The notes: a model not told the origin generated them from the sequence alone. A DNA stretch of 32,000 bases from Phycisphaera mikurensis NBRC 102666 (GCF_000284115.1 NC_017080.1:30001-62000), one strand, 5' to 3'. Counted from the stretch's first letter, positions 15,136 to 23,573 are shown. A program made the numbers and translations.

Positions 15136-16377
15136 TCAGCCCGCCGCGCCGGGCGCCACCTCGCTGTCGATCTCCAGCCCGAAGCCCGCGAGCGACCCGC
15201 GCTGCGCCGGATGGCCCGGGTGCCGGGTGATCAGCTTGAGCTTCCGCACGCCCAGGTCGCGCAGGATCTGGCAGCCGATGCCGTGGTCGCTCTTGTGCAC
15301 GACGGCCGGGGTGTCGGCCGCGGCGGCCCGGTCGGGGTCGGGCCGCACGCGCTCGTCGTGCGGGTCGGGCGGGCCGTCGGCCAGCGTCGCGCGGCGCGTG
15401 TGCAGGTCGCGGACGAGCCCGCGGCCCATCGCCTCGTGCCGCAGGTAGACCACCGCGCCGCGGCCGGCCCGCTCGATCATCGCCATCGAGGCCTCCAGCG
15501 TCTCGCCGGAGGGCTGCTCGCGGTCGCCGAACACGTCGCCGAGCAGGTTCTGGCTGTGCATCCGCACCAGCACCGGCTCGGGGTCGTCGGCGACGCGGCC
15601 GAGCGGATCGGCCGCGCCCACGTCGCCCTTGACCAGCGCCACGTGCGGGAAGGGGTCGACGTCGCTGGAGTAGGCGATCAGCGTCCAGTCGCCGAAGGCG
15701 TTGGTCAGCGGCCGCTCGGTCACGCGGCGCACCAGCCGGTCACGCTCGAGCCGGTGGCCGATGAGGTCGGCGACGGAGCACGCCGGGAGCGCGTGCTCGC
15801 GGCACAGCCGGTCCAGGTCGCTCTGCCGGGCCATCGTTCCGTCGGGGTTCATCACCTCGATGCCGACCGCCGCCGGCCGGCAGCCGGCCAGCCGCATCAG
15901 GTCGATGAGCCCCTCGGTGTGGCCGGCCCGCACGAGCGTCCCGCCCTCGCGGGCCCGCAGCGGCTGCACGTGGCCGGGCCGGTCGAAGTCGCCCGGCTCC
16001 GCGTCGGCCGCCGCGAGGCGCCGGATCGTCGCGGAGCGATCGGCCGTCGACACGCCCGTCGTCACGCCGAAGGCCTCCGCCGCGTCGACCGTCAGCGTGT
16101 ACGCGGTGCCGCGCTGCGTGGTGTTCACGCGGTGCTGCGGCGGCAGGTCGAGCCGGTCGCAGGTCTCGCCGTCGAGCGCCACGAAGAGCATGCCGCGGCC
16201 GTGGGTGAGCATGAAGTTGATGACCTCCGGCGTCGCGTGCTCCGCCGCGCACAGGAGGTCGCCCTCGTTCTCACGCTGCTCGTCGTCGATGAGCACCGCG
16301 ATGCGGCCGGCGCGGAGCGCCTCCACCACGGGCACGATGGGGTCCGGTGAGGCGGCGGGGGCGGAGGAGGCGGGCAT
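15136..16377 (-). CDS. ribBA: 3,4-dihydroxy-2-butanone-4-phosphate synthase fused to a GTP cyclohydrolase II-like domain (RibBA/RibBX-type)
   Basis: The N-terminal half has DHBP synthase motifs (DDEQRENEGDL, GHTEG). The C-terminal half aligns to RibA but reads HSQNLLGDVFGDREQPSG where RibA has HSECLTGD...LRCDCG. Confidence 0.9.
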   Translation of the reverse strand: MPASSAPAASPDPIVPVVEALRAGRIAVLIDDEQRENEGDLLCAAEHATPEVINFMLTHGRGMLFVALDGETCDRLDLPPQHRVNTTQRGTAYTLTVDAAEAFGVTTGVSTADRSATIRRLAAADAEPGDFDRPGHVQPLRAREGGTLVRAGHTEGLIDLMRLAGCRPAAVGIEVMNPDGTMARQSDLDRLCREHALPACSVADLIGHRLERDRLVRRVTERPLTNAFGDWTLIAYSSDVDPFPHVALVKGDVGAADPLGRVADDPEPVLVRMHSQNLLGDVFGDREQPSGETLEASMAMIERAGRGAVVYLRHEAMGRGLVRDLHTRRATLADGPPDPHDERVRPDPDRAAAADTPAVVHKSDHGIGCQILRDLGVRKLKLITRHPGHPAQRGSLAGFGLEIDSEVAPGAAG

Positions 16378-16465
16378 CGGGGGAGAAAGCTAGCGCCCGA
16401 GCGGGCCGTGGCGGCCGGCGGGAACGCGGCCTGCCTCCGCCGCCGGCGGCTGTCATAGTGGTCGC

Positions 16466-17419
16466 ATGAACCTCTCCGGGGAATCGCGTCGGGCGCTGCT
16501 GCGCCTCCTGCTCGCCGCCGTGCTGCTCGCGGCCCCGGCCCGGGCGGGGGAAGCGGTCGCCATCGAGGTGGACGTGGCGCTGGTGCGGCAAGCCTTCGTG
16601 GAGGTCCATGCCGGGCACTCGGCGGACGAGGTGGTGGTGCAGGAGGGCCTCAACGCGGCCTTCCTCAACGCCTGCGCCCGCCTGCACCGGCGCAGCGCGG
16701 ACCGCTTGGGCGAGGCGAAGATCGTGGCGTTCACCACGGCGTGCAATCGGGCGCTGCTCAACCTGCGGAAGGCCGGCGGGCTCCGCGGCGAGGACGCCCG
16801 GACGACCCGCCGCCACGCCGACCGGGAGGGTGCCCCCCCGCCGGACGCGTACCGGCACGCGGCGGAGATCGCGGCGCGGCGGGTGACCGACGCCCACGCC
16901 GCGACGCTCGACGACGTGCTCTGCGACCCGACCCTGCGGGCGGCCTTCGCGGCGGAGGGGCACGCGCTGGCGGGGCCGGTGGAGGGCCTCCGCGACGAGG
17001 ACCTGCGGCGGGCGGCGCTCACGCTGCGGAAGAGCCGGCGGCTGCGGCCGGAGCTGGTCGTGCGGGTCGCGGATTGGGGCCGGACGATGGGCGACGCGCC
17101 CGCGGGCGAGCTGGCGGCGGCCTTCGCCGGAAGCGAGGAGCCGGTGCCCGCCGCGCCGGGCGTCTACCTCCTCGCCGACGGCGGCGGCTACCTGTACATC
17201 GGCGAGGCGTTGGACCTGGCGGCCCGGCTGCGTCAGCACCTCGACGAGAGCGACCGCACGGCGCTGCGTCACCACCTGCTGGAGAACGGGCTGGCCGGGG
17301 TGACCGTGGAGTGGCACGCCTTCGACCCGGCGAGCGACGCGCGGCTGGCCCGGTACCGGCGGGCCTACGAGAGCGACCTGATCGCGTCGCGCCGCCCGCG
17401 CTTCAACGTGCGGCCCTGA
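16466..17419 (+). CDS. GIY-YIG nuclease-domain protein with Tat/Sec-like signal peptide and duplicated N-terminal domain
   Basis: C-terminus PGVYLLADGGGYLYIGEALDLAARLRQH...RRAYESDLIASRRPRFN is GIY-YIG-like. The N-terminus is MNLSGESRRALLRLLLAAVLLAAPARAGEA. Two similar segments each end ...LNLRKAGGL and ...LTLRKSRRL. Confidence 0.75.
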   Translation: MNLSGESRRALLRLLLAAVLLAAPARAGEAVAIEVDVALVRQAFVEVHAGHSADEVVVQEGLNAAFLNACARLHRRSADRLGEAKIVAFTTACNRALLNLRKAGGLRGEDARTTRRHADREGAPPPDAYRHAAEIAARRVTDAHAATLDDVLCDPTLRAAFAAEGHALAGPVEGLRDEDLRRAALTLRKSRRLRPELVVRVADWGRTMGDAPAGELAAAFAGSEEPVPAAPGVYLLADGGGYLYIGEALDLAARLRQHLDESDRTALRHHLLENGLAGVTVEWHAFDPASDARLARYRRAYESDLIASRRPRFNVRP

Positions 17420-17460
17420 GGGCTCGACCTCCGACACATCCTCCCAAACCCGCCGATGCC

Positions 17461-18045
17461 CGGGTGCCACGCCGCTCGCGGGGTGGGAAGCGCGGGAGGT
17501 CGTCGCGACGCGGCCACCCCCCAAGGGGCGTGGCACCCGGGAACCCTCATCGAGCGGAGATCTCGGGTGCCACGCCGCTTGCGGGGTGGCGAGCGCGGGA
17601 GGTCGTCGCGACGCGGCCACCCCCCAAGGGGCGTGGCACCCGGGAACGCCCATCAAGCGGAGATCTCGGGTGCCACGCCGCTCGCGGGGTGGCGAGCGCG
17701 GGAGGTCGTTGCGACGCGGCCACCCCCCAAGGGGCGTGGCACCCGGGAACCCCAACCAAGCGGAGGTGTTGGGTGCCACGCCGCTTGCGGGGTGGCGAGC
17801 GCGGGAGGTCGTCGCGACGCGGCCACCCCCCAAGGGGCGTGGCACCCGGGAACGCCCATCAAGCGGAGATCTCGGGTGCCACGCCGCTCGCGGGGTGGCG
17901 AGCGCGGGAGGTCGTCGCGACGCGGCCACCCCCCAAGGGGCGTGGCACCCGGGAATCGCGAAAGAGCGGGAACCTCGGGTGCCGAGCATCCGGGTCTCCT
18001 TAAGAGGTGCGTCGAAGGCTGAGCCCTGGAGGGCGTGGCACCCCG
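17461..18045. repeat. Tandem array of 103-bp structured (nested-hairpin) repeats: 5 full units plus 1 divergent terminal unit
   Basis: Unit starts are 17461, 17564, 17667, 17770, 17873 and 17976. Each unit has outer arms CGGGTGCCACGCC/GGCGTGGCACCCG and inner arms GGGGTGGC/GCCACCCC. The apical part is CGCG-GGAGGTCGT-CGCG, followed by a 24-nt semi-conserved linker. Confidence 0.95.
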
Positions 18046-18088
18046 ACCCGTATCTGCTTGATCGTCCGGGTGTTCTCGGCAACGCGGA

Positions 18089-19474
18089 TCAGGCGAGCAC
18101 GACCCTCGCCCGGCACGGCCGCACGGCGGCCATCGCGTTCCGGGTGTCGACCACGAGCGACGCGTGCTCGCCGACGAGCGCGAGGTCGAGCGCCGCGTGG
18201 TCGGTGGCGACGACCACGGCGTCCGCGGCGGCGAGCGTCGCGGCGGTGAGCGGGACGCTCGCGAGGCCGGCGTGGCGCGGCGAGCGGGGCACGTGCGGAT
18301 CGTGGCAGCTCACCGCCGCGCCGGCTTCTTGGAGGCGGTCGATCAGGTCCAGCGCCGGGCTTTCACGCGTGTCGGCGACGTCGGCCTTGTACGCGAGCCC
18401 CAGCACGAGCACGCGGGCGCCGCGGACCGGGCGGCCGCCGCCGGCGAGCGCGGCCGCGGTCCGCTCGGCGACCCGCGCAGGCGTGCGGCGGTTGACCTCG
18501 CCGGCGAGCTCGATGAAGCGCGGATCCAGCCCCGCCTCCCGCGCCCGCCACGCGAGGTAGTGCGGGTCGATCGGGATGCAGTGGCCGCCGATGCCCGGAC
18601 CGGGGTCGAAGCGCATGAAGCCGAAGGGCTTGGTCGCCGCGGCGTCGAGCACCTCGAAGGGGTCGATGCCCAGCTCCAGCCAGAGCTCCTTCTGCTCATT
18701 CACGAGGCCGATGTTCACCGCCCGGAACACGTTCTCGTGCAGCTTGGCCGCCTCGGCCACCTCCGCGGAGGAGACCTCGACCACCCGCGAGATCGCCGCG
18801 CGGTACAGCGTGGCGGCGAGGCGGCCCGAGGCGGCGTCGAGCCCGCCGACGAGGCGCGGGATCGTTGCGGTCGTGTGATCGCGGCGGCCGGGGTCCTCCC
18901 GCTCGGGCGCGTAGGCGACGAAGACGGACCGGCCGAGCACCAGGCCCGCCGCCTCCAGCGGCGGCAGCACCACCTCGCGGGTGGTGCCGGGGTAGGTGGT
19001 GCTCTCCAGCACGACCAGCTGGCCGGGCCGAGCGGCGGCGGCGACCGCCGCGGCGGTGTCGCGGACGAAGGAGAGGTCCGGCGAGAGGTCCGGCTTCAGC
19101 GGCGTCGGCACGCACAGCAGCACGGCGTCGGCGTCGGCCAGCCGGGCGGCGTCGCCGGTGGCCTCGAAGCGCCCGGAGCCGACGAGGCGCTCGACGAAGC
19201 CCTCGCCCAGGTGCGGGACCCAGTCCCGCGCCGGCCGGGCCGAAGCCGCGGCGACCTTGGCGGGATCGGCGTCGAAGCCGAGCACGCGGAAGCCGGCGTC
19301 GAGCATCGCTCGGCACAGCGGCAGCCCCACGTAGCCGAGCCCCACCACCGCCACCGCCGCGGTCCGGTCGGCGAACCGCCGCGCCAGCTCCGCCCCGGCG
19401 GCCGTCGCATCGGGCGGAGCCGGGGGCTCCGCCGGGGCCGGGGGCGTTCGGGATGCCGGTTCCGGATCGGTCAC
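18089..19474 (-). CDS. Nucleotide-sugar dehydrogenase (UDP-GlcNAc/UDP-ManNAc 6-dehydrogenase family)
   Basis: Rossmann motif VAVVGLGYVGLPL. The catalytic region GGHCIPIDPHYL is typical of the WbpA/WecC/TviB branch. The GTG start is uncertain. Confidence 0.88.
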   Translation of the reverse strand: MTDPEPASRTPPAPAEPPAPPDATAAGAELARRFADRTAAVAVVGLGYVGLPLCRAMLDAGFRVLGFDADPAKVAAASARPARDWVPHLGEGFVERLVGSGRFEATGDAARLADADAVLLCVPTPLKPDLSPDLSFVRDTAAAVAAAARPGQLVVLESTTYPGTTREVVLPPLEAAGLVLGRSVFVAYAPEREDPGRRDHTTATIPRLVGGLDAASGRLAATLYRAAISRVVEVSSAEVAEAAKLHENVFRAVNIGLVNEQKELWLELGIDPFEVLDAAATKPFGFMRFDPGPGIGGHCIPIDPHYLAWRAREAGLDPRFIELAGEVNRRTPARVAERTAAALAGGGRPVRGARVLVLGLAYKADVADTRESPALDLIDRLQEAGAAVSCHDPHVPRSPRHAGLASVPLTAATLAAADAVVVATDHAALDLALVGEHASLVVDTRNAMAAVRPCRARVVLA

Positions 19475-19507
19475 GACGCCATCATGCCGCCGGTGCCCGC
19501 CGCCGGC

Positions 19508-19933
19508 TCAGCCGCCGCCGGCCCGCTTGGCGGCCGAGGCCGGGCGGCGGGACCCGGGCATCGTGAACTCCAGCGGCTTCGGGTCGAAGCCCAGACCCGC
19601 GGCGTCCGCCGCGGCGGACGCCGCAGGCCCGCCCGGCTCCGCCACCGCCTCGGCGTCGACGAACCCGCCCGGTGCGCGGGTGGGCACGAGGCCGGTGCCG
19701 TCGGGGGCGAGGGTGTAGGCGTCCCCGCCGGGTGCGTCGGGCGTGCCGCGGACCTCCCGGACCGGCCGGCGGAGCTCCGCCGCGGTCGCGGCGGGGAGGA
19801 CCGTCCGCGCGGCGTGAGCCCCCGCGGGGCGGGCGTGGTAGCCGATCACGCCGACGAGGCTGAAGGCGCAGAGCAGGCTGGCGGCGAGGAGGAGGCGGGG
19901 GCGGCTGGCGGCGGTGTCCATGGGACCGTTCAT
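19508..19933 (-). CDS. Hypothetical membrane-anchored protein (141 aa)
   Basis: ATG start. N-terminal TM helix RPRLLLAASLLCAFSLVGVIGY. Strong third-position GC bias. It lies 33 nt upstream of the dehydrogenase gene. Confidence 0.55.
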   Translation of the reverse strand: MNGPMDTAASRPRLLLAASLLCAFSLVGVIGYHARPAGAHAARTVLPAATAAELRRPVREVRGTPDAPGGDAYTLAPDGTGLVPTRAPGGFVDAEAVAEPGGPAASAAADAAGLGFDPKPLEFTMPGSRRPASAAKRAGGG

Positions 19934-19998
19934 CGGCGTGGCCGCGGGCCCGCTGAAGGGCGGGCGGGGCCCCGCCGCCGACCCCCCGCGACGCGTTT

Positions 19999-20008
19999 GC
20001 TACATTCC
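19999..20008 (+). promoter_or_regulatory. Candidate -10-containing promoter motif GCTACATTCC upstream of tRNA-Ile
   Basis: Context TTTGCTACATTCC reads as TGnTACATT, an extended -10-like element. It ends 9 nt before the mature tRNA 5' end. Confidence 0.3.
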
Positions 20009-20016
20009 CGCTCCGC

Positions 20017-20090
<74 letters not shown>

Positions 20091-20150
20091 TCGAGACCCC
20101 CGCCGTCTCCCGCCGCCCCGGCGTCCGCTCCCGCGGAGCCGGGGCTTTTC

Positions 20151-21320
20151 ATGGCCCCGGGACCTCCGCCGACCCCGCCCGCCGCGGCGCCGCCTCCGCT
20201 GCCGGCGTCGCTGCGTCGGGTGCTGGTGGTGCAGACCGACCACCACCTGGGCAACACCGCCCTCTCGCTGCCGGTGGTCGCGGCGCTGGGCGCCCACTTC
20301 TGCCGGGGGGTCGACCTCCTCGTCGACGCGCGCTACGCCGGCGTCGTGGGCGGCGTGCCGGGCGTCCGCCGCGTGCGGTCGATGCCGGCGCAGCGGGACG
20401 GCTTCGGGAACAAGCGGCGCGGGATCCCCGCCACCGCCCTGCTGCTGGCGCGGCTGGCGGCGCGGCGGTACGAGGCGGTGATCGACCTCGCCGGCGGCGT
20501 GCGGACCGGCATCCTCGTGCGGGCGGCGGGCTGGGCGACGCGCGAGCGGGTGGGCTTCCTGCAGGCCCGCCGGCCCGGGGCGTACACCCGCACGATCGAT
20601 GCGCCCGACACCGCCCGCACCGGCACGCACTTCTTCGACCGCTACGCCCGGACGCTCGCCTGCATCGGCCGCGATCCCGGCGCGCCCTGGCCGCCCCCGG
20701 TCCGGCTGCGGCCGACCGACGCCGACCACGCCGCCGGCGCGGCGGCGATCGCGCACGCCTTCCCCGACGCCGCCGGGCCGCTGGTGGTGCTGCACCCCGC
20801 CGCGGGCATCGCCTGGCGCTGCTGGCCGCCGGAGCGGTTCGCCGCGGTGGCCCGCGGGCTCGTGGCCCGGCGCGACGCGCGGGTGCTCATCGTCGGCGTC
20901 GACGGCGACCGCGAGCGGGCGGAGGCGATCATCGCCGCCGCCGCGGCCGGCCCCGGAGGCGCGGCAACCGGCCGCGTCGCCTTCGCCTCGCGGCCGCTGC
21001 CGGTGACGCTGGCGGTGCTGGCCGCGGCGGACCTGCTCGTCTCCAACGAGAGCGGCCCAACGCACCTCGCCGCGGCCGCGGGCACGCCGGTGGTCACCGT
21101 CTTCGGCCCCACCGACGAGACGCGCTGGCGCCCGCTGCCGCTCTCGCCCGACCGCCTCGACGTGCTGCGGGGCTCCGCCTGCGACCCCGGCTGCCACGGA
21201 AGGACCTGCGTGTCCGGGCGGCGTTGCCTCCTGAGCCTGTCGGCGGACGCGGTGCTCGCCGCCGCGTGCGACATGCTCGACCGGGCCCCGAAGCGGCCGC
21301 TTCCTACCTTCGGGCCATGA
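20151..21320 (+). CDS. Glycosyltransferase family 9 (heptosyltransferase-like)
   Basis: VVLHPAAG...RCWPPERFAAVA...LLVSNESGPTHLAAAAGTPVVTVFGPTD matches the GT9 C-terminal signature. The ATG at 20151 is chosen because the longer ORF would overlap the tRNA. Confidence 0.85.
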   Translation: MAPGPPPTPPAAAPPPLPASLRRVLVVQTDHHLGNTALSLPVVAALGAHFCRGVDLLVDARYAGVVGGVPGVRRVRSMPAQRDGFGNKRRGIPATALLLARLAARRYEAVIDLAGGVRTGILVRAAGWATRERVGFLQARRPGAYTRTIDAPDTARTGTHFFDRYARTLACIGRDPGAPWPPPVRLRPTDADHAAGAAAIAHAFPDAAGPLVVLHPAAGIAWRCWPPERFAAVARGLVARRDARVLIVGVDGDRERAEAIIAAAAAGPGGAATGRVAFASRPLPVTLAVLAAADLLVSNESGPTHLAAAAGTPVVTVFGPTDETRWRPLPLSPDRLDVLRGSACDPGCHGRTCVSGRRCLLSLSADAVLAAACDMLDRAPKRPLPTFGP

Positions 21321-22771
21321 CCGGCCGCCTCCTCTTGCCGGTCCTGCTCGCGGTCCTGCTCGCGGTCCTGCTCCAAGCGTCCCCCGCCGACGCGAAGACC
21401 CGCCGCGGCCTCACCGGGACGGTCGTGTACGCGACCTGGACGCAGGACCCCACCACCACGCTGACCGTTCACTGGATCGACGACGACCCCGGCGATCCCG
21501 CGGACCGCGGCGGCGGGCGGTCCCCGACGCTCACGGTCCGCGGGATCGACGGCACCGAGGGCGCCGACGCCGGCGTGTCGGTCACCGCCGCCACCATGCT
21601 GCCGATCCCCGGGACCTCCCGCTTCGTCCACCGCGCCGAGGCCACCGGCCTGGCGCCGGGCGCGGCCTACGCGGTCCGCGTGCCCGGCGACCCGCGGCCA
21701 CGCCGCTTCCGCACCGTCGACGCCGACCCCGCGACCCCGACCCGCTTCGTGCTCACCTCCGACGTCTACCGCCGCCGCGACCCCCTGCTGGCGATGCACG
21801 CCCACCTCGCGGCCCGCGATCCCGCCTTCGTCATCCTCGCCGGGGACATCGCCTACGCCAACGGCGACGTGGAGAACGCGGACAGGTGGCTGGACTTCCT
21901 CTGGGCCTGGGACGACCGCGTCGTCACCGCGGAGGGGTTCTCGGTGCCGATGATCGCCCTGATCGGCAACCACGAGGTCGACGGCGGCTACCTCCACGAG
22001 ATCGACCGCGACCGCTACCCCGATCCCGCCGACGCGAGTCCCTTCTTCCGCCGGCTCTTCGCCTTCCCCGGCGAGCGGAGCTACGGCGTGCTGGACTTCG
22101 GCGACGACCTCTCGCTGGTCGCCCTGGACTCGGGCCACCAAGCGGCGATCGCCGGCGAGCAGACCCGCTGGCTGGAGGAGACGCTCGCCGCCCGGCAGCA
22201 CCGCACGCACCTGTTCACCGCCTGGCACGTCCCGGCGTACCCCTCGGCCCGGCGGCTGGCCTCGTCGATGCCCCGTCGCCTCCGCCGCCACTTCGTGCCG
22301 CTCTTGGACCGCTACGGCGTCGACGCCAGCTTCGAGGGCCACGACCACGCGTACAAGCGGACGCAGCCGATCCGCCACGGCAAGATCGACCCGCTGGGAA
22401 CCGTCTACGTGGGCGACGGCGGCTACGCCGACCTCGCCGAGCGGGTCCCCGCCGAACCCGGCCGCGGCGGCTGGTTCTCCGACGCCCGCTGGTACCTCGC
22501 CAACTCCAAGCAGACCGACCACTTCGAGGTGGTGACGCTCACCGGCCCGGACCGCCGCTTCGAGGCCGTCGGCGCCGACGGGGAGGTCTTCGACGCTTGG
22601 GAGAGCCATGGCAACGAGCCCAAGGCGGTGGTGGAGACGCCGGTCACGCCGGTCCCGGCCCGGGCGGAGTTCTGGCTGCTGCTCATCGGCGTGCCGGCGG
22701 CCGTGGGCGCCGGGGCGTGGTGGACGCGCCTGACGCGGTCGCGGCGCCGGGCCGCCGCCGCCGCGGCGTAG
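21317..22771 (+). CDS. Calcineurin-like metallophosphoesterase (purple-acid-phosphatase-like) with signal peptide and C-terminal TM anchor
   Basis: Motifs FVILAGDIAYANGD, LIGNHEVDGG and GHDHAYKRT. Signal peptide MTGRLLLPVLLAVLLAVLLQASPADA. C-terminal TM FWLLLIGVPAAVGAGAWW. The ATG overlaps the GT9 stop (ATGA). Confidence 0.88.
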   Translation: MTGRLLLPVLLAVLLAVLLQASPADAKTRRGLTGTVVYATWTQDPTTTLTVHWIDDDPGDPADRGGGRSPTLTVRGIDGTEGADAGVSVTAATMLPIPGTSRFVHRAEATGLAPGAAYAVRVPGDPRPRRFRTVDADPATPTRFVLTSDVYRRRDPLLAMHAHLAARDPAFVILAGDIAYANGDVENADRWLDFLWAWDDRVVTAEGFSVPMIALIGNHEVDGGYLHEIDRDRYPDPADASPFFRRLFAFPGERSYGVLDFGDDLSLVALDSGHQAAIAGEQTRWLEETLAARQHRTHLFTAWHVPAYPSARRLASSMPRRLRRHFVPLLDRYGVDASFEGHDHAYKRTQPIRHGKIDPLGTVYVGDGGYADLAERVPAEPGRGGWFSDARWYLANSKQTDHFEVVTLTGPDRRFEAVGADGEVFDAWESHGNEPKAVVETPVTPVPARAEFWLLLIGVPAAVGAGAWWTRLTRSRRRAAAAAA

Positions 22772-22781
22772 CTTCGGGCGC

Positions 22782-23573
22782 ATGCCCGCCTCCTCGCTCC
22801 GTCCCGGCCTCGTCTCGATCACCTTCCGGGGGCTCGCGGCGGAGGAGGTGCTCCGGGAGGCCGTCGCCGCCGGGCTGGAGGGCATCGAGTGGGGCGGCGA
22901 CGTGCACGCGCCGCACGGGGACCTGGCGGCGGCCGAGCGGATCGGCCATGCGACGCGCGACGCCGGCCTGGCTCTGCCGACCTACGGGTCGTACCTGCGG
23001 GCCGGTGCCGGGGGGCCCGGCCAGCCCCCGGTGGCCGCGGTCATCGCCTCGGCGGCCGCGCTCGGTGCCGCCGACGTCCGGGTCTGGGCGGGCGGGACGG
23101 GCAGCGCGGAGGCGGAGCCCGCCGACCGCGCCGCGGTCGCCGCGGGCCTCCGCGAGGCCTGCGACCGCGCCGCCGACGCCGGCCTCGGCGTGGCCTTGGA
23201 GTACCACGCCGGCACGCTCACCGACACCGCCGACTCCTGCCTCGCCCTGCTCGACGCCGTCGACCGGCCGAACCTCTCGACGCTCTGGCAGACCACCAAC
23301 GGGGCGAGCGACGCCCACAGCCTCGCGACCCTCCGGCGTCTGCAGCCGCGGGTGCGGCACGCGCACGTGTTCGAGTGGGACACCGGCGCCGCCGACCAGC
23401 GCCCGCTCGCCGCCGGCGCCGACCGCTGGCGCCGCTTCCTCGGCGAACTCGCCGCGCCCGGCGTCGAGCGTTTCTGCCTGATGGAGTTCGTCCGGGGCGG
23501 GACGCTCGGGCAGTTCCACGCCGACGCCGCGACGCTCAAGGGCTGGCTGGCGGGCACCCATCCGCCGGCCTGA
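22782..23573 (+). CDS. Sugar phosphate isomerase/epimerase (xylose isomerase-like TIM barrel)
   Basis: 263 aa. SITFRGL...GLEGIEWGGDVHAPHGD...ALEYHAGTL...HVFEW matches the AP_endonuc_2/TIM-barrel family pattern. Confidence 0.8.
   Translation: MPASSLRPGLVSITFRGLAAEEVLREAVAAGLEGIEWGGDVHAPHGDLAAAERIGHATRDAGLALPTYGSYLRAGAGGPGQPPVAAVIASAAALGAADVRVWAGGTGSAEAEPADRAAVAAGLREACDRAADAGLGVALEYHAGTLTDTADSCLALLDAVDRPNLSTLWQTTNGASDAHSLATLRRLQPRVRHAHVFEWDTGAADQRPLAAGADRWRRFLGELAAPGVERFCLMEFVRGGTLGQFHADAATLKGWLAGTHPPA

Noticed and set aside
16378-16465. FMN riboswitch upstream of the ribB-type gene
   Set aside because: Only 88 nt are available before the divergent GIY-YIG gene start. I could not find the conserved FMN-element core sequences.
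17480-17975. Homology between the 103-bp hairpin loop and the REPIN spacer (GCGCGGGAGGTCG vs GCGCGAGGGAGCTGG on the opposite strand)
   Set aside because: The similarity is short and GC-rich and could easily arise by chance. It is not enough to claim that the two repeat families are related.
17461-18045. Possible CRISPR array (regularly spaced repeats)
   Set aside because: The period is 103 bp, with a 79-nt repeat and a 24-nt linker. The linkers are themselves conserved between units, and units 2 and 4 are identical. They are therefore not unique spacers. No cas genes are nearby.
16271-18082. 603-aa minus-strand ORF spanning the repeat array and the antisense strand of the GIY-YIG gene
   Set aside because: Its translation is periodic (GCHAPWGVAASRRPPALATP... 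repeated) because it reads through the tandem repeats. The remainder is antisense to a motif-supported gene. It is a typical high-GC artefact.
20642-22885. 747-aa minus-strand ORF opposite the GT9 and metallophosphoesterase genes, and the 592-aa ORF at 22982-24760
   Set aside because: They are antisense or out of frame relative to genes with clear catalytic motifs. Their composition is Arg/Pro/Gly-rich.
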